A stretch of 61,849 nucleotides of DNA, filler included, from Diploschistes diacapsis (lineage: Eukaryota), in assembly GCA_023645945.1 (NCBI GenBank). It is 15 parts of 15 records of this genome, joined end to end, with 100 filler letters (N's around TTAATTAATTAA, not from the genome) between each part and the next. Parts side by side here need not be neighbours in the genome. Positions count along the whole stretch, not along the records: positions 1 to 2,531 come from JALAIB010002168.1; positions 2,632 to 5,161 come from JALAIB010002169.1; positions 5,262 to 30,423 come from JALAIB010000217.1; 12 more parts are not named here. One strand, written 5' to 3'. How positions within the stretch are numbered: position 1 is the stretch's first letter; every line of letters begins with the position of its first letter. Both the position numbers and the translations under genes were made by a program. A model generated the notes under the pieces. It had not been told where the DNA came from, ran no database searches, and worked only from the letters and a program-made list of their open reading frames with translations. Shown here in pieces: positions 1-10,636 of this stretch.

Positions 1-1965
1 ATACAAAAGAGATCGATTAAGAACGTTTTCGTGGTTTATCTACTACGAAAGCCAAATAGGATTCTCTATAAACAAAATACTAGGCGATTATTGAACCTAA
101 ACGTCGCTAATTGAACCTTAAGTTCGTTAATTATAAACTTAAGAAAAACACGATTATTTAAAAAGCATAAATATATTTAATAAAACTTTTAAAGAAGCTA
201 TCGTATAAACGAAAAAAATACGCACTAAAGGTTCTCTTTTAATAATTACTTACAACATTGCCGCCTAATTATAGAATTATTATCGACGTTATTAATATCT
301 AGATCGATAGTATCTTATCCGTTAATATCGATTTTAATAGATGGCTTAATAGGCTCATCGATAAACAAGATAAGTTAATAAAAGAAATTATAATATATTT
401 CTTACGTTATAATAGATTACAGTATCTTAGGGGTTCCCGTTCCTAGAAACGATCCGACGAAAGACGACGCCGCTATTTTAATCTAATAAGAGGATGTCTA
501 TTTTACGGAGATAATAACCATCGCGCAATATAATACAAACTCGCTAAAGAATTCAGATAAATGGTCATTATAATAAAAAACAAGAAACGGGAGAAAAAAA
601 AAGAATCCCGAAACATCCGCGACAAAAAAGGTAAGAACAAACGCGCCTATAATACAGAATATTCAGACGATAAAAGTTTAAAAAATTTAAAATCTGAACC
701 TAAACCTAAACCTTAACTATAGAATAATAAAATTAATAACATAATTAAGGACGTTATCACTAAAAATAAAACTATTTTTATTAAATGGATCGGTGATACC
801 GGCGCTTTATCACATATGACTAACCAGTTACATCTACTTAAAAACCTGACTCCTATTCGAAGACGACGAATCAAAATCGAAAAAGGAATATTCTATTCAG
901 ATTATACTAAGAAGATTAAATTAAAGCAAAACAATAGCGTTCTACATTTGGGATATATGATGTATATATCTAGACTAAAAGCAAACCTTATATCGAGGCA
1001 AAAGTTATACAAAACAGAATTACGAGGGAGTTTTAATCAAAAGAATTTATATTTACACGACGAGGACGATCGGATCATTCTTATATATAAAAAAAAGAAT
1101 AGAGTTTATTACTCGAATAAAATTATAAAAAAAGAACATACGTATAAAACAACTACGTACCCAATAACTAAACCTGAACCTAAATTAAATTCAAAAGTTC
1201 AATCTAATAAAAACAATTATCAACTATAGCACGCACGCATAGCCCATATAAGACCTAAAAAGTTCTAAAACCTGCACGAAGTTACGATTCTCGCTAATTT
1301 TATCCGTATCGCACCCCATACGTGTACGATATATTAATTAACAAAAACTAGGTAATAAATTGACCGTATTTTGGCCAAACACAAGTAAAGCATTCTAAAT
1401 TTGGTAAACATCGACATCTATAAACCCTTCTTAAGATCACTTGACAACAATTAATACCTTATAGAAATTGTCGACAATTACTCGCGAAGAACCTAATCTA
1501 TTCTCTATAAAACTCGGAAAGATATTATTCGTATTTTATAATTCTAAAAAATGAATGCAGAATTTTAAAGCGGTAAGCAACTAAAAGCGATACATTTCGA
1601 TAATACATCTAAATTAATTTTTATAATCGAGAATTAAGGGAGAAGTTTAGGAATTTAGATAGAACCGATAATACTATATACGTTAAATTAAAATGGCACT
1701 GCCGAAAGATCTATATAAATTACCGAAATGAACATCCGTGCTATACTTAAAGGAGCGAAATAAAGATACGCTTTCTAAGACGAAGCAATATTGGCCTGAT
1801 ATTATATCCGAAATAAAACAGTAATAAAATTTAAATTAAACGGTTTAGTCGCGACGTTTATCGAGTATTAATTAAGCGAAAAGCCGTTAATAAATAATAT
1901 CCGTATCTAAAGATTAAGATGTTATAATTATATAAATCTTAAATCGTTACCTAAACGACAAGATA

Positions 1966-2180
1966 TAGAACGCCCCTACAGGAATACTACACAACCAGGG
2001 GCTGAGCCTAATCTGGAAGGATCACGTGTAGCTGCAATCTGTAGGCTGAATGGTTCAGATTCGAAAAGGTGAAAAAGAAACTATCTAGGTGGGAACAGGG
2101 CACATATAAATACTGGGTGCCAGCCCTACCAGCCCTACCAGGGTTCAACCCTTGAACCCACAAACGTTCAGGATGTTCCA
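1966..2180 (-). mobile_element. Solo LTR, family A (215 bp)
   Basis: GC-normal island with ends TAGAAC...GTTCCA, flanked by a 5-bp TSD AGATA (1961-1965, 2181-2185). It is the reverse complement of the LTRs at 39613 and 40693. Confidence 0.9.
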
Positions 2181-2261
2181 AGATAAGTTAATAAATAAAA
2201 CGAAACTAAGTATAATAATCGGATATATTAACACTAACGATCTAATATTTAATATTAAAGA

Positions 2262-2357
2262 TATCAACGACGGATTAATTATTCACGTTAACGACGGATC
2301 TATCCGCGTTAACGACGGGTCAATTACCCACGTTAACAACGGATTAATTACGCACGT
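2262..2357 (+). repeat. Four 21-24-bp tandem units (GTTAACGACGGAT..) in the copia linker
   Basis: The units translate to repeated HVNDGSI-like peptides in ORF 2152..2418. Confidence 0.7.
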
Positions 2358-2384
2358 CAAAAACGTATTAAAAATAAAGATAAA

Positions 2385-2531
2385 TGTTTGCCAACGTAAT
2401 GGATATATTGAAGTCTAGAGGTCTTAACTATGAAGTTATCCTACTGCGCAGACTTTATACCTTACGGGATACACTAAGCTGCGCCTCGTTATTACCCTTA
2501 ACTAGGTCTAGTTCCAACTCCAATATCAATA
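2385..2531. mobile_element. LTR-like repeat family D, partial (cut by contig end)
   Basis: TGTTTGCCAACGTAATGGATATATTGAAGTCTAGAGGTC recurs in reverse orientation at 30524-30619 and 37020-37117. Confidence 0.7.
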
Positions 2532-2631
2532 NNNNNNNNNNNNNNNNNNNNNNNNNNNNNNNNNNNNNNNNNNNNTTAATTAATTAANNNNNNNNNNNNN
2601 NNNNNNNNNNNNNNNNNNNNNNNNNNNNNNN
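2532..2631. other. Artificial contig spacer (N44-TTAATTAATTAA-N44); the same spacer starts at 5162, 30424, 33052, 35679, 38306, 40932, 43557, 46181, 48804, 51422, 54032, 56641 and 59246
   Basis: Identical 100-nt blocks containing a six-frame stop linker. Confidence 0.99.
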
Positions 2632-4400
2632 CGTTAGATCTGCGCTTTAGTACAATCTCGATATTCTATTGTTAATAAATAAACGCCTTTTTTATAATTA
2701 TTAATTTAGAATATACTCTGTACCGAAGTTTTTTATATTCTTTGTTACTGGAATTAGGAAAGAAAGCATCTATTCTAGCTTTTGTTTAATAGAATATTAA
2801 GATTATGAAGGGTATCTGAACTTTATTACGTGGATGTATAAAGATGGTGTCGTCGATAGTCTAGAAGGTTGTATTGAATTGGATCAGCTCGGTCTTGTTA
2901 AATAGATATTTCTTTTTTTTTTTGTTTATAACCACTTCCTCGTCAATTAATACCGTCCTAGTTAATAACGGCGAGATGCATTAGTTATAGAAACAGATCG
3001 GCTAGCAAGTACTTACTTGATATAATTTTTTTCTATCCTTTTCGTCGATTATTGCGATTTTAGGATTTGCCCTTGACCCGTAACGCGCGATGGAGAGCAG
3101 AGCGGAAGTTACTAAAGAGAGAAATGAAATGGAAAGGATGTCGAACTGGGCGAAGGTGTAATAATGCAAGAGCTTGAAAGGCTTTGTAATTTATTTCCAC
3201 TGCCGGTCGGGAGGTTCACTGGCTGCTGTAATTGGGTAGCGTTCGTTCATGTATTTTCAGAATTGCGCGAGCCATTTCTTAGATTTATAATTTAGATTTG
3301 ATGGTTAGTTTATCTTCATTTCGAGCAGTTTCCCGATATGGCTTTTGTTTAAGTTATAAACATAGAAGCGTTTAGAGTTCTTAATTTTGCCTGTGAATTT
3401 AGCATTTATTTTATCGGATTTAAAAATATTAATTATAAATGAGAATAGCTTCCTATTAATAATATTGATAGAGAAGTATATTAATTGACTCGACTGTGAT
3501 CGTGCTACGAGTGTATCGAGCGTACCGAACGTATTAACTGCGAGAGGTAAAATGTTTATTGAAATCAGCGTCTGTGACTGGAGTGACGTAGCGTAGAAGA
3601 GACTTGAGTAGACGATCTTTTCGTTTAATTAAGTTTATAAGATGGCTTATTGCTTCTTTTAACTGGAGTGCTTTTCGAATAAGAAATAGGTTTATGACAC
3701 GGATTCTGGGAAGCCGTTTTATATTATCTCGAAATGATTTTATCGGGTGTATAAGATTTTTGAACTAGAACGGAAGGATCGCGATAAGGTTTTTGGATAT
3801 CGACGTATCGAGTAGGTCGAACGTTGTTTTTTGAAAATCTATAAGCTGAAAGGCCTGGTACGGTCGGGGAACTTCTTTCTTTATTTTATTAATAGTATCG
3901 CTAGCGGAGACTTTTTTAACCACCGGATACAAACGGTGATAAAAAGTAGGAAGAAGATTCCAAAAAGACGATCGTATTAAATCGAAAAGAATTTCTTGAA
4001 TAAAATTTTTGATCGAAAAAAGCGAGAATAAGTTTATTTTAATCTCTTTTCTAATATCTTTAAGACGCGATAAATATAATTGCGGGATAGTTTTTTTTAA
4101 GAGCTATTTATTTAAATCCGAGGTAGTATTTCTGGCTATTTTTTTAACGGAAATATTCTAACGATCACCGGAAAGAAGGAAGATGACATATATATGTATT
4201 AGTAGGCTGGACTGGAATCGAAGGGGAAGATAATTGAAAAGACGGGGAGTAGGTTTTTTAAAACACGGCGTACGTGTTTTAAAAAAATTGTAAAATACGA
4301 GGACGGCGATTCTATATTTAATCTATTTTATCGTTCTTTTGTTACGATATTGTAGAAAGTCGGTATTAAATTTTAATCGCTCGCCATTATCCGTCAATCC
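2632..4400 (-). pseudogene. RIP-degenerate sacsin-like gene fragment
   Basis: The minus strand at about 4250-4060 reads FNYLPLRFQSSLLIHIYVIFLLSGDR*NI...DLNK*LL..IPQLYL. This resembles the sacsin-repeat motif F-x-x-LPL...LPVHIxxxFxLsxDR...WNxxLL. Downstream it reads KKWLAQF*KYMNE. Confidence 0.6.
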
Positions 4401-4607
4401 AAGACAAGGAATTAACGTCACGCGAGGATTTTCTTGACCATATCGGCAGTTAATCAAAAAATACGACGTTAAATTTGTCGGTTGTATAAGCGTACGATTT
4501 AAATTAATATTTAATATAGTACGAATAGAGTAGATTACTTATATTCGAACTTTGTTTTTCAGTACTTTGTTACAACGTGCGTTTTAATGGACTATATTTA
4601 ATATTAT

Positions 4608-5161
4608 ATGAAAAGTTTTATACTTCTCGAGTCGAATCTTGTTGAATTTAACGTTCTCATACATCGCTTAAATGTTTTAGATCTTTTAGAGCTTGTTGAT
4701 ATATTGTCGATCGACGAATAGTTAGGTCTTAATACAGTGGTCCGCCTTGTATTTGCGTTTCTGTTTGTATTATTTACGTCGAAGAAATACGAACTACGTC
4801 GGGCTATAATTAAAAAAATAGAGTCAAGAAATCTACAACATAAAGAACTTATTTAGATTGAATAAATTATTAATAACGTCTGTGGGCTTTATGCTCTCTT
4901 GCATGTTTTATGCGCCGCATAGTTACGGGGATTTATTAGTATGTAAAATCTCGATTCTAGAAACAATAGTAAATCTCATACGATCAATCAGAGATAGATA
5001 TTCTTTTAAGTGAAATCATGGCTTAACCTACGGAAAAGCGAGCAGAATTTCTAGAAAATTTAAGTAAACTCGAGAAAATTTATCAGGAAATCGCTTATAA
5101 TGATGATACTACGCCTTCAGTTCTTAAAGATTAAGTTAATCTTTATTATATCTATTTAGTT
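4608..5161 (+). pseudogene. RIP-degenerate ubiquitin C-terminal hydrolase (peptidase C12, Yuh1/UCH-L3-like), 3' truncated
   Basis: From ATG 4608: MKSFILLESNLVEFNVLIHRL..ELVDILSIDE*...RLVFAFLFVLFT...I*IE*IINNVCGLYALLHVL (catalytic Cys codon at 4881). After a probable intron it reads EKRAEFLENLSKLEKIY...DTT...VNLYYIYL. These match UCH motifs PLESNP, QTIxNACGxxALLH and HY/FICFV once C>T/G>A changes are reverted. Confidence 0.8.
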
Positions 5162-5261
5162 NNNNNNNNNNNNNNNNNNNNNNNNNNNNNNNNNNNNNNN
5201 NNNNNTTAATTAATTAANNNNNNNNNNNNNNNNNNNNNNNNNNNNNNNNNNNNNNNNNNNN

Positions 5262-6217
5262 CTTCCCACCAGTCCCAATGCCCCTTCCCCTCCATCACCT
5301 CGAAGCGCTTCTCGCCCCCCAGTGCATCGAACACCTCCGCCCTCTGCCTCGCGGGCGGCGCCATCGCGTCCAGCTCCGGCGCGACTACCATGACGGGGCA
5401 ACGGATGTGCGGCAGCAGGTCGACGACGGACCAGTGCACGAGGCGGTACGCCGTCTGCACGGTGAATCGGTTACTGAAGTGCGGGCTGCGGCGCTGCAGC
5501 TCGCGCACGGGGCGCGCGTCGATGGGCAGCCCGGCGAGGTTGGAGCCGTCGGCGACGGCGGCCATTGGAGTGTACGCGGGCGGGCCGTCGCTCGTGACGC
5601 GCGCGACGCGGTCGTCGGGCGCCTGCTGCAGGATCGCGGCGCGTTGCGCGGGCGCGATGTCGAGGCGGGCGGTCGGCGCAAGGGCGATGACGGCGGCGAC
5701 GCGCGGGTCGAGTGCGGCAGCGGCCAGCACGACAGCGCCGGACAGCGAGAGGCCCCAGAGCGCGATCCGGGCGCCGTCGACGAGCGGGTGCTGCGCGAGG
5801 AAGGTGAGGGCGTCATGGCAGTCGGAGACTTGGGCGTGCGGGTCGATCTGGAGCGGGGAGCATGTCGGGTCAAGGGGGAGCGGTGGGAGTTGGGGGCTCA
5901 TGTCTAGTGGGGGAGGAGCTTACGTCGTTTTTCGGCTCCCCGTTGCTCGAGCCAATCGTTCGGTTGTCGTACACCAGTGCCGTCACCCCCTTCTTCTGGA
6001 ACCATGCCGCAATCTGCGGTGCGAGTAGGTCCTTGGGCATGTTGAACTGTTTGCCAGGCTTTAGTTCCTTTCTCAACGGGTATGTCCGTGGAACAAATGC
6101 CCCGCAGGTTATGACCACGGCCGGGCTCTCAGTTATGGAGGCAGGGTAGAGCCATCCGCGGAGAGTGAGGCCGTCGAGAGTACGAAACTCGACGTCATCT
6201 TGAGGGAAGGAGGGCAT
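5262..6217 (-). CDS. Alpha/beta-hydrolase of the Af380 (Fma-AT)/thiohydrolase type, PKS partner; 3' end cut by the contig start
   Basis: Exons 6217-6101, 6046-5924 and 5847-5262. Motifs DVEFRTLDGLTLRGWLYPA, ALVYDNRTIGSSNGEPKNDIDP, nucleophile WGLSLSG, and GKGH. Intron 1 (6047-6100) is GC-AG and in frame. Confidence 0.85.
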
Positions 6218-7225
6218 GTTTGGTTTGCTGGGGGAAATAATGACGGACGGAGGCCGATGGGAAGATAGAAGGGAAGAAACTCAAAGAGTCTTGAGATGAC
6301 AGGTATCTGTAAAAAAAACTTGCCACAAAATGCTGAGACCATACATCCAGAACACTCCCAAGACCCGCAATATATTTAATTCAAGTATCTGGAGGACTCC
6401 CTGTACGTCTGAACCAGACGAAAACGTCGAGAGAGGGAAAGGATAGAGCGATTTTGTTTCAGGCTCTGCATGGTGTGTTCTATGCCCAAGACATTGTGAA
6501 ATTGGCGTATTGGACTCTCAGTGGCAGTAGGATTTTGCCAGCCGCAATAGACTGGAGTAGAGACCCCCACGTCCTCGGATGCTGTCTGTTCTGCTTTGTC
6601 CCTTCAGACACCCTCGCTGCGTTCGAGAAGAGTAGTCCAACCAAATTTGTCAGGTAGGTTCTCAGCAATTCGTCAAATGACCCTGGCATCTAGGTTAGAC
6701 CTGCCGACAGCCCGAAGTGACGATAAGCCGGCAAATCCGTCCAGAACCAAGGGCGGACGGAGGATAGGAAATTCAGTCTGGGGGGGAACCGGAGTCGGTG
6801 TCATCGGAACCGGGGCCGCTGGCGTCAGAGACGGAGGCCGGTGAGTGCCTCAAAAGAATCGGCAGAGTCGGAAGGCAAACTACGGTGAGCAACTTAACAG
6901 AACGAAGATGTTGAATTAAACCCATAAAGGTTGCCCAATCCCCGATCTGCGCAAAGCTAAACTCCGGTCGATCATCTGCAGCTACTAAATCCTGAGGAAG
7001 ATAGAACCAGTAGGTCTTACGAGCAGGAACAACGACCTTCGCTGGGTTATTACAGCATTTCCTAGAACCGCTCGGTAGCGCCCCAAAGTCATGCGTTACC
7101 TACTTAGTGTAGCTGAGGTACCCCTTGGTTGACTTAAGCGTGACGGTTTGGGATCTTTTCTCCATCTGTTAATAATACGGGAGTGCTCCTGGGGCGGATT
7201 AAAAGCCTGTTAGCGCTATATCGCA

Positions 7226-7264
7226 GAGGCAGATCCTGGAGGCAGATCCTGGAGGCACATCCTG
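7226..7264. repeat. 13-bp tandem repeat x3 (GAGGCAGATCCTG)
   Basis: Two perfect copies and one with a single mismatch. Confidence 0.85.
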
Positions 7265-7794
7265 AGTGAGGTTTGTTCCACTCACGCCTAGGGAACCTGG
7301 CGCATGACCCTTGGGCGTCACCTTCGTACGCGGTCATATAGTAAATGGCTCATCGAGCAACTTCATCATTTATAAGTTCCACATATCTTGTCTGCCGCAG
7401 GCAAGTTTCAAGTCCCGCAATAGAATTCAACACGTCGACATAGAGTTCCGATATCCCACCTCATTGTGCGTCATTTCGTAGGATAAGTGGGAAGCAGAGC
7501 TCGGAATGTACTTAGTATATTTGCCAAAGTGCTCGGCGGACATGGCTTGTCGTCTCGATGGAAAGCTATCATTTGCTTGAGAATCCTTGCGTCCGGTTGC
7601 GCGATTTGGACAAGGCCCAACCATTATAGGGCATTGCTTCCTAGCCAAAGTCCAAACCATGCGTGAAGAAAATAGAAAGACCCAGGGATGGGGAACATCT
7701 CGTTTCTTTTTCGAGGCCATAACAGTTCCATATCCGCGGACTTCCAAATTCACAAAGCCACTCTATCCAATCCATCCATCCACCAACCACTCTT

Positions 7795-9580
7795 TTACTT
7801 CTCCAAAACCACAAACACCCCCTTCGACCCCTTCCTCGGCTGCGGCACAAACATGTCGTACGCCATCTTTAAGTCCTCCTCGCTCGACGACTCGTGCAGA
7901 CGTATCTTGTGCCTGCGGAATAGCGTCGCCAGCGAGACCAGCAAGTCTGCCTTTGCAAGGTTTACTAAATTGTTTTCGTAACGTTAGCGCACAGTCCCTA
8001 GTAAACGAGACTCGCAGAATACTACACAGGCATCTAGGGCAGAATCTTGGAAATTCACTCACTTCCTAAACACATCCTCGTTCCCCTCGAGAAGCTCGTC
8101 ATGTAGTGCTCGAGCGACCTTTCCGCTAGCGGCAAGACCCCGTCCTTTACCAGCAACCTTGTCGGGGGCACCTTAGGACTGCCGAGCCAGCGGGAGGGAA
8201 CGAAGCGGTGCGGTTCGGGAAAGACGGCGTCGTTGAGGTTGTTGGAATAGTTGTCGTAACTGACGGGCGTGTGGGTAGGGATGGTCCAGGCCCCGTAGGT
8301 GAGATGGGTGTCACGGCGGATGCGGGGGAGGCGTTGGACAGCGCCCATGGAGAGACGGAGCGCTAAGATGGGCGAGGTTAGACAAATCTTGACCTTGGAA
8401 GCGGCAGAGATTTCAATGCTCACCCTCATTCGTAACTGCTACCAGATACTCCAGCTTTTCCAACTCCTCGAAATGAGGTATCTGCTCTGGGTCCGGAATC
8501 GCCGCCTCCAACTCGGCCCTTAGCCGCGCCTCGATCTCGGGATCCGCAAGCACGTAGTAGCACGCCACCGTCAGCGCCTGCTTGCTCGACTCGATGCCCG
8601 CCCCGATCATCAACATGGACTCATCCACGATCCTCTGCAGCCGCAAGTCCTGCGGCGACAGCTTCGAATCAACGATTTCGTGGAACAGCGTGCGCACCGC
8701 CATACTCTTGAAGCCCTTCCTCTAGTCTTCGCGCATCAGGAAGCTGATCTTGGCCTCGAGCGTGTCCCGGAAGTTGAGAAAGCACCGCAGGTCCGACCAC
8801 AGGGGCTTGAACCAGCTGAGGGGTATCCCCCTCGTCATAAACGCAAAGTGGTTCAGCGTGTGCGTTAAAACCGAGATGTTGTGCACGGCGAGAGGGAACG
8901 GGTTGGCGAAGCCAGGGGCATCGAGGTAGTGGCTGGGCTCGCCGAAGACGATACTGATGATGATATCCGTGACGGACGAGGCCCACATGTGGCAAATGAT
9001 AACGGGGACGCCGGTGCCAGAGTAGTCGTTGGCCAGGTGGTACGAGAGTCGGTCGATGACCTGCTGTATACCGGCGCCGTGTTCGATAACGCGGCTGCGG
9101 CTGAACATAGGCGCCAGAGCTTGGCGACGGGAGCGGTGCAATGCGGCTGGACAGGTGGGAGCGACCGTGTCCGGCATATTGAATTGGTGGGCAAAGAATT
9201 CGAACTTGTCGACCGGCTTGTTGCAGGGGTACACCACTTCATAGTAGGCTCGGTCATCGATATGGAGTTCGTCAGGGTTGATACGTACGATAGGGCCTGT
9301 ATGCGTTAGAGTGTGAAGAAAACACCATAGGAATTGAGTTAGGCATACCATAATTCTTGTGCATGCGCTTGATCTCAAACGTGAACTGTCCGCCGCCCTT
9401 CTTCACAGTGTCGAAATACGTCTCGTACCATTGTGTCGCAGCTGCTATCTTGGGGCCGGGGAAATTGGCAAGCGGATGAAAATATAGACGGTACACAACC
9501 AAACCGAACACGTAGCCGCACAACAGGATGCTGGCATAAATTGCGAGAGCAGTTCGATTCTCCCGAATAAAGTCTATCAT
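7795..9580 (-). pseudogene. Cytochrome P450 (trichodiene-oxygenase-like), one premature stop
   Basis: N-terminal TM plus [27 protein letters not shown]-x-LR, FVPSRW and the heme motif FSRGTRMCLG; three GT-AG introns; stop at 7795-7797. In-frame TAG at 8722-8724 (LMRED*RKGF), after which the frame continues. Confidence 0.88.
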
Positions 9581-10636
9581 TGTGGTTCGAGGTGTTCTCT
9601 TGGGATAGAACGTGAAACCCGGGTACAGATTATTCTTGTCGAGCGGGAATCGTCAAGGAACGTATCATTCCCATGTTTATTGGCAGAAATGTTTCCCCGC
9701 TTCTCTCGTTCTTGAGTAAATAGAGTGTGGTAAACCTCGCAACCACTATTACAGCTACTGCTCGTATCTGCTTCATAAACTTGTCTGGACACAACCCACC
9801 TAAACTGCCCCAAGGCGGCGGCACGACGATAGGTATGAATCCCGCAGACCTGAGTAAGCCGGAAAGATATCATTCTGCAGACTCCAGAGCGTCGAACCTC
9901 TTGACCCGATTGGGACCGGTTGATGTTGCAGAAAAGGGATGACACTCGGAGCATTATGCGCCCCACTCCGTAGTGGGACAATTCTCGATGTAAGCCGGCG
10001 GATAATATTCCGGCTCTGCTTTGCCCCTGAGGAATCTATAGAAGGGCCTTCGATTAGGAGGTGAGATCTCAGACATTCTGGTTGCTCACAAGACGCTACC
10101 GGCCGGTTTCATCACAGGAACCATAGTCAGAGGTCAGTTCCCGCTAGGTCGAGAACCATCTCGGACTCTTGAGTAAATCGCGTGCTTATTCCCTTATTTG
10201 GACGTACTTTGAGGACAAAGCTGGCTCTCAACACAGACGTGCCTGCTTCAGAGCCAATGTTATCCACCTCTCTTCCCATATACCCCTCAATGGCTCGTAG
10301 TATTATTAGCTACCAAGCTTTTCGGTGTAGACTTTTGCCTCATTCGTTTGACTCCCGATTCCAAGATTCCACGTGTTGATTGTCCACCACTATTTTACTG
10401 CTTTCGCTGGGTCACTGACCGCGAAGCCCGAAAGGTGCGCAGTCTGAGGCAAGGTCTTCTTCGATGAGACCAGTAGTCAGAAACCTCCCATCCTGAACCC
10501 GGTCTGTCCGCAAGCGTCCTTTGCCTCGATCGCTGCCTCCTTGAATATTAGAGCCTCCCTTTCGAGTTAGTTGGGACCCAGTCAAGGCCGAGACAAGCTC
10601 GTGTTGCAAAGGGAAATACGCGTCAAATCCTCATTG

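Larger units (their letters stand above)
1..2384 (+). mobile_element. RIP-degenerate Ty1/copia gag-pol remnant (gag, protease, GAG-pre-integrase, integrase), interrupted by a solo LTR
   Basis: 785-820 reads WIGDTGALSHMT (copia protease W-x-x-DS/TGA-x-x-HM). About 1221-1250 reads QL*HARIAHI (LWHxRLGH) and about 1400-1430 LVNIDIYKP (HxDIxGP). Many stops arise from G>A/C>T changes. The gag part is homologous to 35779-36490. Confidence 0.85.

Noticed and set aside
2576..2587. Recurrent TTAATTAATTAA palindrome about every 2.6 kb, and ORFs ending X..LIN
   Set aside because: Artificial linker within N spacers; gene order across spacers carries no information.
5278..6028. Long antisense or alternative-frame ORFs over the hydrolase, P450, MTS1 and BAR genes
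   Set aside because: Expected shadows of GC-rich coding sequence.
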